NCBI RefSeq assembly: GCF_037042905.1
Contig: NC_087252.1
Coordinates: 11,844,001 to 11,904,000 of the forward strand
Source of the DNA: Lytechinus pictus
Taxonomy: Eukaryota
DNA: 60,000 nucleotides
Direction of reading: 5' to 3'
Positions 12,453-25,853 of the stretch are shown here, piece by piece. Made by a program: the position numbers and the translations under genes. The notes under the pieces are model-generated. The model was not told where the DNA came from. It saw nothing but the letters and a program-made list of their open reading frames with translations, and made no database searches. Positions within the stretch are counted from its first letter, which is position 1, and each line of letters begins with the position of its first letter.

Positions 12453-13759
12453 TAGTAGACCTAGAATATTCGTTAAATACAATGGTAAAGGTTGACCCAA
12501 CATACACATGAACCAAATGAGGGAATATTGAATTATTAAATGTCAACATTAACGTGCTATCATTAATTCTATTTATCATATTTGTAAAAAAAAATAGAAT
12601 AGAATGATAATTGAACATCTGTTCTAGGCAACAGCAACTTCTATCTAGCTTCTTAAAGTCTTGACTGAGGAAAAAAATAATCACAATTAGTATAATTGGA
12701 ATGTCTTTATATGTTGTTCAGTGCATTACCATTAAGACAATTTGTAAATGGAATATTCAGTATATTTCCAAGATAAAAACATTATATATATACAATTATT
12801 TAAACGAATGCACCTTTGTATCATTAAAAAAAGTAACAAACAACTAATTTTCAATTGACCTTGCCTGGATGAAATCAACAAATTGGAGGAAAATCGTCAA
12901 CTTTAATAACAAGAACAACAACAATTAGAAAAGTGTGTATGAGATACTATAACACCATTTCATCGACATCAATCTAGCAAACATTTAGTACTCTGCTAGA
13001 TGGGTTATATCTTTTACCCGAGCTCTAAACAACGGCTTCAAAAAACTAAAAACAAATTGTTATACCCGAGTCGATGAAAATAACAATAAGGATCCAAATG
13101 AACACCACGTCATGTATGGAACGGGCCACCATCATTCACGAATTCGAGTCTGGTATTTAGCTGAGCCTTTACGTGTACCTTTCATTCACAAGCAATGATA
13201 AAATAAGATATACGATATACATGTACTTTCATGAAGAAACATCAGTTGATAAATGGTAGGTGATTTATATTATGGAAATGGTGCTTATGCAGCATGGCTT
13301 TGATAGTTTCATAACCCTCCGACAGTCATTAATCTGTAGTCACTAGTCGCATGCCCATACCCGTACAACAAAAGGGGCGCAATTTCTTGTCGACAATTGC
13401 ATATGCGAAGTTGAACAAAGGAAAAGGTATGAGCACCAAAAAGAAAAGAGTAATATAATGATTATGATACATGAAATATTGAAATTACATAAGAAGTTTT
13501 GCTTGATAGCTTAGAGATTGTTAAGGTAATTGATGAGTTTCATAACAATCTATAGATCGGTGAATTCAACTATGCGTGTCAAATAAGGAAAAAACAGGTT
13601 ATATTGATGTTATAATGCTTTAAAAAGAATTGACAAAACAACGCGAATAATGTAAACATGCTTTGTTTAGAAAATTGTTTTTAAAATGACATTTTAAAAA
13701 ACCTTTGTCGTGTTTTTCGGTTTCAAAAAGTATGGGATTTTCGTGCTATAGCATGTTGT

Positions 13760-14075
13760 TATTAATATTAATATTATTAATAATAATAGTTATAATAATA
13801 TAGGTATATTTACCCAGGGAAGCCCCTAGAGTACTGAAAACTGTTCTCCCAGCGGGCTCTGCTATTATTATTCCCCATCCCCGTTTTAGCTGGGCTGCCT
13901 AGGCGCTCAAGCATTTAAGGACTTTCTTCCTACCGGGTACCCATTCTCCTCACCTGGGTTGAATGCAGCACAATGCGGATAATTTTTTTTGCTGAAGGAA
14001 ATTACGCCATGGCTGAGATTCGATTCCACGACCCTCTGTTTCAAAGTCAGAAGACTAATCCACTGGGCCACAAGG
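13760..14075 (-). mobile_element. tRNA-derived SINE
   Basis: Minus-strand head TGTGGCCCAGTGGATTAG..CTTTGAA..GGAATCGAATC (A and B boxes); (TTA)n tail. Confidence 0.75.
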
Positions 14076-14099
14076 CTGCATCATTTAATAATTGCTTTG

Positions 14100-15760
14100 A
14101 AAAATACAGCCCTTCTTTGAAGCCAAACTGCAACTCACTAGTGCACAAATTATTAATTTCTCTTTTCATAATCACCAACTCCAACACTTTTCCAATTATA
14201 CTACTTAACGTAATTGCTTGAAAGTTGCACGAATCACCCAAATTAGCCTAACGTCTTTTAGGAATTGGAATCATTGTACTTCGAAGCATGCTGTCAGGTG
14301 TCATTTCATGCGAGATTATCCCTGTGAATAACATAGCGACATATTAAACCTTTTTACCATGAATTAAGTTGTCAGACATTAATCCACTAATGTCGTCTTT
14401 TTTAGACCCATTCAACTTAGCTATTGCATTACATATCTCTTATTCTGTTATTATATGGTCATCTTGTACACACTCGTGGCATCTGCATTTATTATCAACA
14501 GAGTTATCACTATTATTTTTAAGATCTACCATATCCATTACACTGAAAGATACACTGTTATATAACCCGTCAAATTTATCAGCAAACATTCAAGTTTTAT
14601 CATCTTTTCCTTGAACACCATCAACAACATTAGAATATCTACTGACATTCTTGGATCTATTGTATTTCTTAACCTCAGACCAAACTGATCTGGTACTACC
14701 TGATGCAATCGCAGCTGCCATTTATCAGTCTTTATTACATCTATCTCTCTCAAAGTCTTTTTCAGAATTTTGTGATAATCCGTTCTCGCTTTCTTACGCA
14801 ATTCAAAAATTTCACCACTTTTTGGGCGATCATTTTCAACCCACAACTTGTGCCAAAACAGTGCATTTTTAAAATATACCTCTACATGCTCATTCCATCC
14901 AGGTATTACCTTACATTTTGGTTTCTGAGAAATTGTACACATTACATTATCATAAAACTCATTCAATTTTCTACTATGTCTTTGGCAGTGTTTTTCTCTG
15001 CAATTTAATGCACAATACGGAATATCAATTAAATGTAGAATTCCAGACAACCTATCCACATATCTATCCAGCTCCTCCTAATTTTCTATACTCCAATTAT
15101 AACACTTTTTGTTTGTTCTTCCTGTTCACTAATGTCTGAGAATTCTGACATATACAGGTCCAACTGACATTTAACAGCGACATGATCTGATAAATTATTA
15201 ACAGTATCAATGCATTCATACACCTGCAAAGCCTTAACTAAACTATCTGTTAAAACAAAATGATCAATCAATGATTTGTGGTTACTACCTTTGCTACTGA
15301 AAGTAAAATCAAAATCACATAATTCATCCTGCGTACAAATGTGATAATCTGCAAAAAAGTATAAAAAAAAACACCTTGTTTGGAAAGTGTCTCTAGATAC
15401 ATCTGTATTAAAATCCCCTCCAAATCAGGCAAAATCAGGATTTAACTCATTCATTAAAATGTCCACTTCATTCAGTACTTGTTGAAACTCTACTAAATTG
15501 GCATTTTGGCATCTGTCATCACATGGCATATAAATACTACCCCAAAACAAACGTTTCTGATTTTCCAACGTAACAATAACTTCACTTTAATAGTCTCTTT
15601 GTATCTGATTCAGTTATTTTTGGCTCAACTTTTACATTTAGACCATGCTTCCAAATTATAGCTGTTCCACCGTAAGGTCTTCCAGCTGACTGCGTTTCTT
15701 CATTTATAGCACTCATACCGTGCTTCCCTACTCCATTTTCTTCACTTATGTTATCAAACC
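14100..15760 (-). mobile_element. Degenerate non-LTR retrotransposon fragment (APE endonuclease to RT start)
   Basis: GRPYGGTAIIW, IDHFVL..NLSDH, ITLSSIIGKVLE..LQFGFK in several frames. Confidence 0.85.
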
Positions 15761-15859
15761 ACCCAAATTGAATTGAATTGAATTGAATAATGCATAAATT
15801 TATAATTAAAAAAATCACAATCATGAGTGTGTTGAAGAATGCACATGAATATTACTCAC

Positions 15860-15937
15860 TTGTATTTGCATTATAATGGGAACTAAGAAGGTGAGTATTC
15901 AGAGATAGAAAAAAAGTCATAAATAACGTTTGTTCAT
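15860..15937 (-). pseudogene. Possible degenerate leader exon of gene B
   Basis: ATG...MNKRYL*LFFYL*ILTFLVPIIMQIQ followed by a GTGAGT donor; two stops and wrong phase. An alternative ATG frame is phase 1 but weakly hydrophobic. Confidence 0.25.
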
Positions 15938-18900
15938 CTAGTATTTCGTTGTAGTGTCGGTCAATTTGAACATTTTGATTATTAAAATTACACGATTTTG
16001 TTCTATGTTTGTAGCCCTTAACATAATATGAACACCTTTGAAACTATCATGAATACATCAGCTATATTAATGGAGAAAATGCATAAAATCACAACTCAAA
16101 ATGTGTTTGTTTTCTTAGGATTAACTTCTGGATTAACATTGTTCTGTTACTGACAAAAGCTGATCACTGGAATATTACCCCTGCTTTTACCGAAACATTT
16201 TTTAATTGCTTTTTTATCTTAATGCAGTTTTCTAATTGTTACGATATTAGAAATCGTTATTACAAGTTTCATCATGTAATAGATTAAGACCCTTTTACAC
16301 AGTTTATTGATATAGAATAAAATACACTTTAAGTAAATTAGTGTTCGTCATCTTTACTAAATGAATTAAGACATGAATGAGCGAATAAAAAGATTGTTAG
16401 GAATGCATGTCTGACGTAGAGGGATCAGTATGAATAAATTAACAAGAATGGTGAGAGATGGTGTTGCCCATGAGGTTTTCACAAGATCATTCTTCCGAAT
16501 CTGTCAAATAGTATGTACTGGTATATCCTTATTCAATTCAATTTTAATCCAAATGTCTTTATTTCTACATAGCAACATGGAAATGCGCCTCACCCACACA
16601 TATTAAGAAATCATAATTAATATATAAAAATATTAGACATGTTTAATGATAAAAAACTGTTTTTATAACGTCAATGAAAAGTTAACTCTTTAGAATTGAT
16701 TGTGTTTAAATACATATTAGAAGAAATTAAAATTTTAAAGGAAGGTAATTCATAAATTGGACTTATTAATCAATAGTAATGGCAATAAATAATCCAAGTA
16801 GTGCATTAGTAAATATACAAACAATCTGAACATTTAGGGGTTTCAACTTCAAGGGGCTGCACCCGCAACCTCTGCCCCTGATCCATGCCAGTACTTTCAT
16901 GTTTGAATTTTTTTACACGATTGTCATTTTTTTTTTTCGAGGGGAATACCGTATTCGTGTACAGAGTGGTTCCTATTGTTCTTTAATCACTAAGTGCAAT
17001 AGCATGTTTAATCTTCATAAAATACTTAGCTTTCTCGCAAAAGTCGAGAGCAACACGAGCTCCGTCGTAAAGTTCGAGAATAATCAGCCAATCAGGTCGC
17101 CTGTAGATTGATTCTCACATTCTTATACTCAGTACATGCAGGAAACCGATGCCTCAAAAATGAATTCTTGATTTTCCAAAGGGCTATATAATTTTGGGTG
17201 ATGACAGTTGGCTACCACCTTCAATGCAAACAAATAATATTTGAACAAGTTGAAAGACTGAATGGTGTCCCAAAACGTCTTTAATTTTTTCAAAAAAAAA
17301 TGTAGACACTGGTTTAGAGGTAGGATTAGAATGGACCAAGATGGGATTATGATAAGTGGTAATACGGGTGCCCAATGAAATCATTAATCATTATTATTTA
17401 GATGTAGGGGTTTACACATGAAGGTGGAATAAATGGAATGAAAAAAAAATGCATCCGTTATTTTTTATTCTACAATCATATTTTGTTTCTTCCTCATTTT
17501 ATCTAGCACGTGAAAATAATGAACAACATAAAATCATTAACATAGTTGAATCAATATCTATACATAAATAATTAAAATCGATTATTCCGTACGCAAACTT
17601 ATAACCAATCTGTACATATATATTCTTTAACAATTTCTGATAAAAGAAAAGACAGTAATACACAATAACATTATCTACGTATTCTAGAAAATATCTCTGA
17701 ATATAATTATAAATCACAAACATACACCTAACCCCCCCAAAAAAAGAAAGAAAAAAAAAGAACAATAAAAAAAAAATTAAAAATAACCATGATTACAAAG
17801 GCCTCAACTAGAAAGGACTGCTTCTGGGGTAGAGGGTTGTGAGGCTGATTCTTTAAAGCGTTCCCATTCCCTAACGTTGAATGACAAAGTTTCCAATGCA
17901 AGCTTTTCTCTTCTTTTCTATGTTCATTTAATTCATCCTCATTTTTTTAACATTTGGAGATACCGGTAGAGTTATAATTCTACCGATGAATATCATAAAT
18001 GTAATCAAAATTACCATCTAGTTTAATAGCTGTTCTTTTATCATGTAAGTTCCATTTTTTCAGTATGAATTCGTTTCCAAGATATTTCCTTAAAAATGGT
18101 CAGATTAATTTATCAGTAGGCCTACATGCTATTTACAATAATGATTATGATCGTATTATATTAGGATCGCATCATTTTCTTCACACTAAGTATTTACCTT
18201 GTTCTAAATTATTTGAATGTTATATTCTGTATTTTTGTACAATTATTTTGTAGTATGAATTATTTGACTTCGTGAACAGTTTTTGTTGATGTATTATTAC
18301 TTTTATCAATAACTGAATGATTTTAATAAATAATATTACAAAAAAATAACAAAATCGTTTTCTAGTCACTTATAAGACTAATTCTAACCTGTTCTGAATT
18401 ATTGTTATTTTTTGGGGGTGGAGGGCACATCGACGGGTCTATTCTAGCCTAACAATATTACTTTTCTGAATCAGTGACTGCCTAAACAGATCCAACTTGA
18501 TTTGATTGATCAAATTATCCTAAAAACTCAAATCCTTATTAAATAGCTTGCATTACGCAACCCCCTTTTCTCTCCTTCTTTGTATTTCTATTATCTTTTA
18601 GAAACCCCACACACTTGCTCATCCACCCCCTTCTTTCATTCCCTTAAATTAGCACTCATTTCTCGTATATTTTCCATATATATTCATTATTTCCCAGCGG
18701 TCACTCATTTACTAACCATTTATTATCGCTTTTAAACACCCACTCTTCATTTTCTTTAATAGCGGTACACGCAGATGTGACTTTATCTTTACTTTTATCT
18801 TCATTCCCAATTTTCACCCCCTCCTCTGTATTTCTGTCCCTATCCCAATTAGGATTCTCGTCACAAAGTAAACAAAACCTGCTTTTCATTATTTATGTTA

Positions 18901-21652
18901 TTAAACCGCTTTTCTTTACCTGTGTACAAAATAAACTAATTAATTGAATGAGTCTAAGGAAATAAATATTCTTTACACAGTTTTATGATGAGACTGAAAA
19001 ATTTATTAGTGCATTGCAATGATTTTACATGTTCACGCATGGTAATGCTATCTCATATAGGCGATACCGTCAAACAATTGATGTTACCAAGGAGGTGTTC
19101 GATACCTCCTTGGTATTACCCATATTCGAAGTACAAGTAAATGGTCGGACATGGATATCTCAGACATGCAAGATGTGGAAAGGGGGGACAAATTTTCATG
19201 AAACTGATAAATGTATCCGTTGATTTGTACCAACTATTTGCTATAATCCACTGAAATCTTTACATCTGATTGGCTCATCATTTTCTGTCACAATATTCAC
19301 CCTCATTACTGGAAAAAAAAAGAAGTTTAATGCGAAGAAAAATAATCACATATTCATATACATGACAATAACAGTAGAAGAGTCATGCGTTTTGCATCCA
19401 ATGGGAGGAAAGAAGGGTTCTGACACTGGGCATGCTTGGACAAACAGCCATATCTACATCTTACCATTTTCATTATAGAGTACCGAAGTGTGAAGTCGCC
19501 GTCATGACAACAAACCGGCTGGTTCTAAACAGAGTCGCAGCTGACGATCGTCTACACACATTTGTAATTGCAAAAATTACCATCATTCTGAGGTTGAAAG
19601 CGACGAAATTCTGATAGCAGCCATTTTCTCCTTTGGGAAACACGCTCCGGGTCCATTTGTTTAGAACCAGGCCGCCATGACACCATGGCGACTGACGTCA
19701 TCGCTTCGGTTACTCTATATGAATGGATGATACAAATTTAACATCGCTAGTATGCTAGAGACATCTTTGCCTACATGTCACATGAACTATAAAATAGTAA
19801 TAAAGAATCTTAACCTAAATGTTAAAACTACAGTGCGTTATTTTGCTTATATCATGTCTACGTATTGTAGAGTATTATTTACATGATAGAGTTTATCGAT
19901 AATTTTATTTGATACATCTTTGTCTACCAATGGAATGTTGCATGTAATATAAAAAAAATAATGTCGAATCTAAGCGTCAAGGCTACAGTGCATTATTTTA
20001 GTTTCAACCATGTCTACACAAAATTATAGTACATTTGCATGGTGATGTTTATTGATAATCCAAACTTGTTTATCAAGATAGTTATTTTCAATAAAAAAAC
20101 ATTTATCCTTTAAATTAATATGCCTACATTAATTATTATTATAAAGTGAATGAATAATGACTAAGTTAATTAAAGCAAAAATCATATTGTAACAGCATAC
20201 AAGAGTTTTAGGTAAAATGGTATTAATATCTGCTTTACTGCAATATAATATCTATAGTCAACTTCAACAGTTGAAAATTGTGAAGGTTAATATGAAAATT
20301 TATTACTTCAAGTTTTTGGTAGAATAATTGTCTTGAGAATATATACCAAACAGGTTAGTAGAGTATTTAATAAGTGCATTTCAGGATGTATTGCGTATTT
20401 CTAAATTGCAATAAAAGATATGACAAGTAACGCCCATCCGTGCAGTTATATAACAATGCAGTAGTAATGATACTTGCAAGTGATTTGCAATATTCATAAT
20501 ATTACCTCAATATCATCTTAATTTCATCGATGCAGTTTACAAAGGTATCTCGTGTAGGTTACTATCAGTTTCATTTGAAACCAACCATTTCACTAATATA
20601 CGTATTTATTTATGATAATATCAATATAATATTTCACAACTTGATTTCGTGTTAAAGCCCATGATTTCATGTGTTTTTTACTGAGAAAACTATTGGAAAA
20701 CATATTGTTTGTATTTTGGTAGAGAAAACACCAAAGTCATAATAAATATTGTCACGAGTTATATAAAATCACTGTAAGTCTGAATTTAGAAACGCCGTAG
20801 TCAGGGTTGAATAATCCGTAATATTTTAATTCAACAATTGACATAAAAATGATTGAAATAAAAACATCGATGACATATCTCTGAAATTCAGTAGCACAGA
20901 ATAAACAAGCTTGAAATTCGTCGGTTAATTAGACAATGTATTTTTGGTGCTTATTTTACGCTTAATTGAAGATGTACAATCGATGGATTTCTATACAGAC
21001 AACAATTGTGTTTAAATAAATGAAAACAATGCCATAATCTTTATTTTCTTCTTATTAGGAAATGTGTAGAAAAAATGTATTTTTCACTGGAAATGGATAC
21101 GAATACGGACGGAATTACTTTGTTCTTCATTGTAAACTTAATAAAGTTACATGAAACGCATGCGATTCTTACATGTAAAGAGTGTTTAAAAGTGTTGACA
21201 CGTTTTTTAATCAGACATATACTACATGTAGTTCCAAAAGTGTAAATATGTAGCATCAAACAAGAGGATGGTGCTTGAATCAAAATTGCAAATTGTGTAC
21301 TAGATGAGGGATCGAATGAAACAAACGGATGGAATATGCTGAATCTCTGAAAGGAATATTATCAAAGTTTGCAATTCCATTACACATTCAACTTAAGGTT
21401 ATTAACGTGTCTCTTTTTTGATGAGTCGAGCATTTAAGGTATGTTAAAGCTTTCTATCTCTAGCATTTTAGGCATACTTTACTTTCAAGTTTTAACTTGA
21501 GATTCCACTTCCATTCAGAAGAAATTTAAGGTGATTGACATTTGCTTATTTCGTACGAAAGAATGAAATATCCTCGTATTTTTTACTCACAAATTCCTAT
21601 CATTTTTCATAAGTTGGCATACGCAACTTCTTTTTTATCCGTTTTCTATGGA

Positions 21653-22333
21653 TTACTCAACAAGGGATGTTGACGGCATCTTCATAGGTTTCATTTCCAA
21701 ATAGATGTGAGCGGCAGTTTCATCCCCATCTTCTCCCGAGGGAGCATGGTTGAAATATTGATGGTCATCTGACTCGCTTCCGGACATCATCCCGTCTGCA
21801 TTCGCGTAATGACATTCAGATCCCTTGGGAGAAGAACTAGGGCTTACGTAATCATGGTCAGGTCTCTCCTGGATGATTGGACCATCGTTCATGTCGCTAT
21901 CCATGTATACATCATTAGAACCCTCGGGAGTCTTGTAGTCATGGTCTCCCGTGCCATGCCGGGGCGCCTGGACGGTATCGGGATTATTATATTCAATGTC
22001 TCCCGGGTCTTGCCCGGTCGCTTCGGCGGTTGATGTAGGATTGATAGGCTTTAGGTCCATGTAGTAGCTTGTACACTCTAAAAAATGTTGGGCAACATAC
22101 GGTCCACACAACAATTGGTTAAAACTTTATCCAATTCTGGGTAGTTTTACACCAATAATATGTGCTTTGGGTGAAAACTACACAGTATTGGTGTAAAACT
22201 ACCCAGAATTGGATAAAGTTTTAACCAATTGTTGTGTGGACCGTATGTTGCCCAACATTTTTTAGAGTGTACCTGACCCTGAGGAATGCGATGGCCTGTC
22301 CTTTTTTAGTTCAGTATAGATACCCTCCCCCTT
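21653..22333 (-). CDS. Gene C terminal cytoplasmic exon, Tyr-motif rich, interrupted by a MITE at 22074-22269
   Basis: Removing the MITE and one TA gives open KGEGIYTELKKDRPSHSSGSGTSYYMDLKP...HIYLEMKPMKMPSTSLVE*. Confidence 0.85.
22074..22269. mobile_element. 196-bp palindromic MITE (CACTCT termini, TA target duplication)
   Basis: Perfect inverted arms of about 80 bp (CACTCTAAAAAATGTTGGGCAAC...), flanked by TA on both sides. Confidence 0.95.
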
Positions 22334-22864
22334 CTACAAAAAATACAATGAAATATGTTGTTTTTCATCGTGGAAAGCGTGACATTCGCAGAGCAATGGT
22401 TCAGTTAATCTTATGTTAGATTAGTGCCAGTTGTCAAGTAAACTTAACCAAGCTCAAATTATTAGGCCATATAATCCTGAGGCAAAAATGTGTGTAAATG
22501 ATAATAATTAAATGATGTGATTATACTATTTTGTACATCTTCATAATGATAATAGAACATTTGGTATGGTATTTTCTATGCTCATGATTAAATGAATATC
22601 AGCAATTGACGTAATATCCAATGCCTTAAGAAGAAACACCGTTGGGCATTATACTGAGGAAGATTAAACAGTTTGGAAACTCTCGAGTCCTTTTTGTATT
22701 AGATTAAATTCTCATTACAAGAAAATCATCACATATGTCTGATTAGGTCAGATTAGTTTTAAATGATTTACATTCTCCATAATTTTTCTAACTTCGAAAT
22801 ATAAATAATACTAATGATATTATTCAGCGTTATGCAAAAAGAAAAGACATAATGATGAACATAC

Positions 22865-22899
22865 CTTATTGTCTTCATGTTGAGTTGCATTTCGGTTTA
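22865..22899 (-). CDS. Gene C cytoplasmic mini-exon (VNRNATQHEDNK)
   Basis: TACAG/GTATGT boundaries, 35 nt, phase 1 to 0, bridging the TM exon and the phase-0 last exon. Confidence 0.75.
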
Positions 22900-23250
22900 C
22901 TGTATTGAAATGAATACGGCATGAAATCGTAAGTGCAATAAAGTGAGTAACTAGATAATTGGAGAGGGTTTATTACACGTCAGATAGATATTATGCTCAC
23001 AATGTACGTGAATCTTGAATCTAGACTGCATATTTTCTGATGTTTTTATACCTCTGACGATCAGTTTGTAAGGTAAATGTACCAAACAAATATTTTTGAT
23101 AAGGATATCAGGTCATTTAATGCAAATACCTTTTCTAAAAGCATGGAAATTGTATGAACAACTTTGTGTTTGAGTAGATAGCAGATGGTAAAACTGAAAA
23201 GATAGAAACATAGTAGAAAATGGGATCCTAAATAATCTAAAGATCAATTA

Positions 23251-24107
23251 CACTGTTAAAAAAATATGAATCAGTAGTTAATACTTAATGAATGTAAGTA
23301 GAATTTATAATTTGTAATTATTTTTCTTTTTTTGTAAGTATAGTTTTTAACTTGTCTTTTAATTTACTTGATTTATTTGGGTTCAATGTACATTTAAGAA
23401 AATTCACGTATTGCATGCTTTGATTGAGTATACATCTAACTCAATTAGGCTAAGATGAGTATTACTAATAAATTATTGTTGAATGTACTTATATTTTTCA
23501 ATTAACGCCTTATTTAAATAATGCACGAATATTCATTAGACATGTTAGAGCAAGTAAATGTTTTTTTTTTTTTTTTTACTGTCATATCTATTTGTGTTTG
23601 ATTTTTTTTCGGATAAGGGTGTGCTAACTATTTTATTCTTTTCTAGAATCAAAGAACGAGCAACATTAAATAGTCATTTAGCAGAAAATTTCAGATGTAT
23701 TTTTAGGTTTTCGGAAAATGATTATATTGTTCTCACTAAATATGAATGTAAGTACCTATAATATATAAAAGGTAAGTGAAAATGCACAAAGTCTAATATT
23801 TGGATAAAAGATGTCTAAGATGAAAATGATGCCACTAAAGTAAGAGTGGGACGATGGGGGAGCGGACTTTCGAATAACGAAAGTCCACTCCCCCATTTGA
23901 TTTTTTTTTTCGAACATTTCAGTGATTGTTTTACTAAATTGAATTAAGTTATTGTAACTTAATTTTCTTCATGTTGTTGAGTGAAATGGATGCAAAGAAT
24001 ATAGGTAAAGTTTACTTAAAACTGCCAAACTCATAATACTTAAAAAAATTAAGGCAATCTGTTGAAACAATTTTATTGAGTAATTTCAACAATTTTTTTT
24101 TACAGTG
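23251..24107. mobile_element. Non-autonomous CAC-terminal DNA element with TA TSD
   Basis: TA|CACTGTTAAAAAA ... TTTTTTACAGTG|TA. Confidence 0.7.
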
Positions 24108-24683
24108 TACAGCTCCCAGAATAAGGATGAAAAGGAGAAAATGAACGATCAATATAACAATGCATTGAGAGAGCACACGCAATTAATATATTAAAACATA
24201 CCCGCGCATGAAATCTCATCGTTTTGAGAAAAAAAACACACCCTTTCAATTCATTACCAAAACACTTTACAATGTTTATAGGCTTTATGCTTGTATGATG
24301 TATTTTGTACGTATTGTTTTTGGTATTTATGCAATTACGTCAAAGTTTCGTTACGTCATGGATTTGTGAAAATAAACCTAAATTATTATGAAAAAATCTT
24401 TTGATGATAAAACACACTCTTGTGATGTAAGTATACGTGTGGAGAATTGTAAAAGGACAAAAAGACCCTAAATTTAAAGAAAACACAGATACACAAGCAC
24501 ACAAATCATGTCAAGCATTTGGGGAGGACACGTGATGTGTACCAGCAGTGAGGAAATTAAAAAGATAGGGAATGTCAAACCTAATAGTGAAATGAATGAC
24601 AAGTTTGGAAATTAACAGGAATTAGTTTTATTATAAATCGAGATTGCAGATTATGAGGGGTACACCATTACTCTAAAACATAC

Positions 24684-24836
24684 CTTTCTTCCGTTTGGTA
24701 CAGCACATCAATCCATAAAAGTACATCAGACCAAGTGAGATTACTATGATGACACCGATTGAAGCAATCACACCAATAGCAATTATCATGTAAGGAGTTC
24801 CTTGATTATTTGGTGGAACTTTCTGACCAGGTTGAT
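24684..24836 (-). CDS. Gene C transmembrane exon
   Basis: CTAG/GTATGT boundaries, 153 nt: DQPGQKVPPNNQGTPYMIIAIGVIASIGVIIVISLGLMYFYGLMCCTKRKK. Confidence 0.9.
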
Positions 24837-25467
24837 CTAGGAAAAAAAGTAAATCACGACCACGGAAATATTATCTGTACAGTATCGCAGTATAACTATT
24901 TCAGGCATTAATGTTTCATTATCAGTGTGTATAATGTCCCCATATGAGCTTGAATTGCTTAACGAATAAGTGCAGTTATTAATTGTTTAAGAGAGCAAAT
25001 CAATTAAAGCGTTTGTGCATCACGTCTTGCTTTATATGAGCCTAACAAAATGAAGCCCACGTCCAAGTCGCCATTTACTCTCACTTATTAGTGTCCACCT
25101 GTTTGTAATTCACTCAACACTCAAACTCCAATTTGATTGACCCTCTTACACATCCCCAAACTTTTTATACATACCCTTTTCCGTCTACGCGATGAGCCAT
25201 TTGCCATTTGTTATGACTAATTAGTTGAATTTAATTTCCATATAAATATCATGCAACCATTTATTCAGTTTTCTTTCACTTTCCAACTTAGATATACTGC
25301 AGAATAAAAGTCGGCTAATAATCTATGAGGGTTCTGCTTATTTCATCTGTAATAAGAAATATCCCGATGATGAAATATACAAAAAAGCGATGAGAAACAA
25401 AGAGTGGCGTAACGTGGGTCACGGCATGGGGGGGGGGGGGCACCAGCAGTTTTTGTAAAGTCAATTA

Positions 25468-25853
25468 TACCCCTTTCACATACCCAACTATGCGGATAAT
25501 ATCCGCATAATTTGGTCGTAAAATCGGAGCAGGACCAGAGTTATCCGCATTATTTCGATGCTGCAATTATCCGCATAATAGCAGCATCGGCACCAGATTT
25601 TGACTTTATGAACGCATTTCCAAAGTAACTCGGATAATTGCCTTGGTGCAGTCAAAAAGGTCACCCTTTTTCAACGTAACCCCATCGGAGGGGGCGTGTG
25701 CAGTTGCCATGACAATTACCCGCCTTTTTCAGGTCGGGCGCTCGTAAAAAAAAATAGTGCGGATTATTTTCGGAGTTTGTGAATGCACTTTTTATTGAAT
25801 TATCCGCATTACTCTTAGGCGGATAATTGGAGGATGGGTTTATGAAAGGGGTA
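25468..25853. mobile_element. PIF/Harbinger-like MITE
   Basis: TTA|TACCCCTTTCA ... TGAAAGGGGTA|TTA; internal TTATCCGCA repeats. Confidence 0.8.

Noticed and set aside
19085..19115. Perfect 12-bp stem-loop TACCAAGGAGGT..ACCTCCTTGGTA
   Set aside because: Isolated, with no supporting element boundaries, so function cannot be assigned
22078..22114. Start of the 153-aa ORF (MLCGPYVAQHFL)
   Set aside because: Derived from the MITE arm, not a real N-terminus
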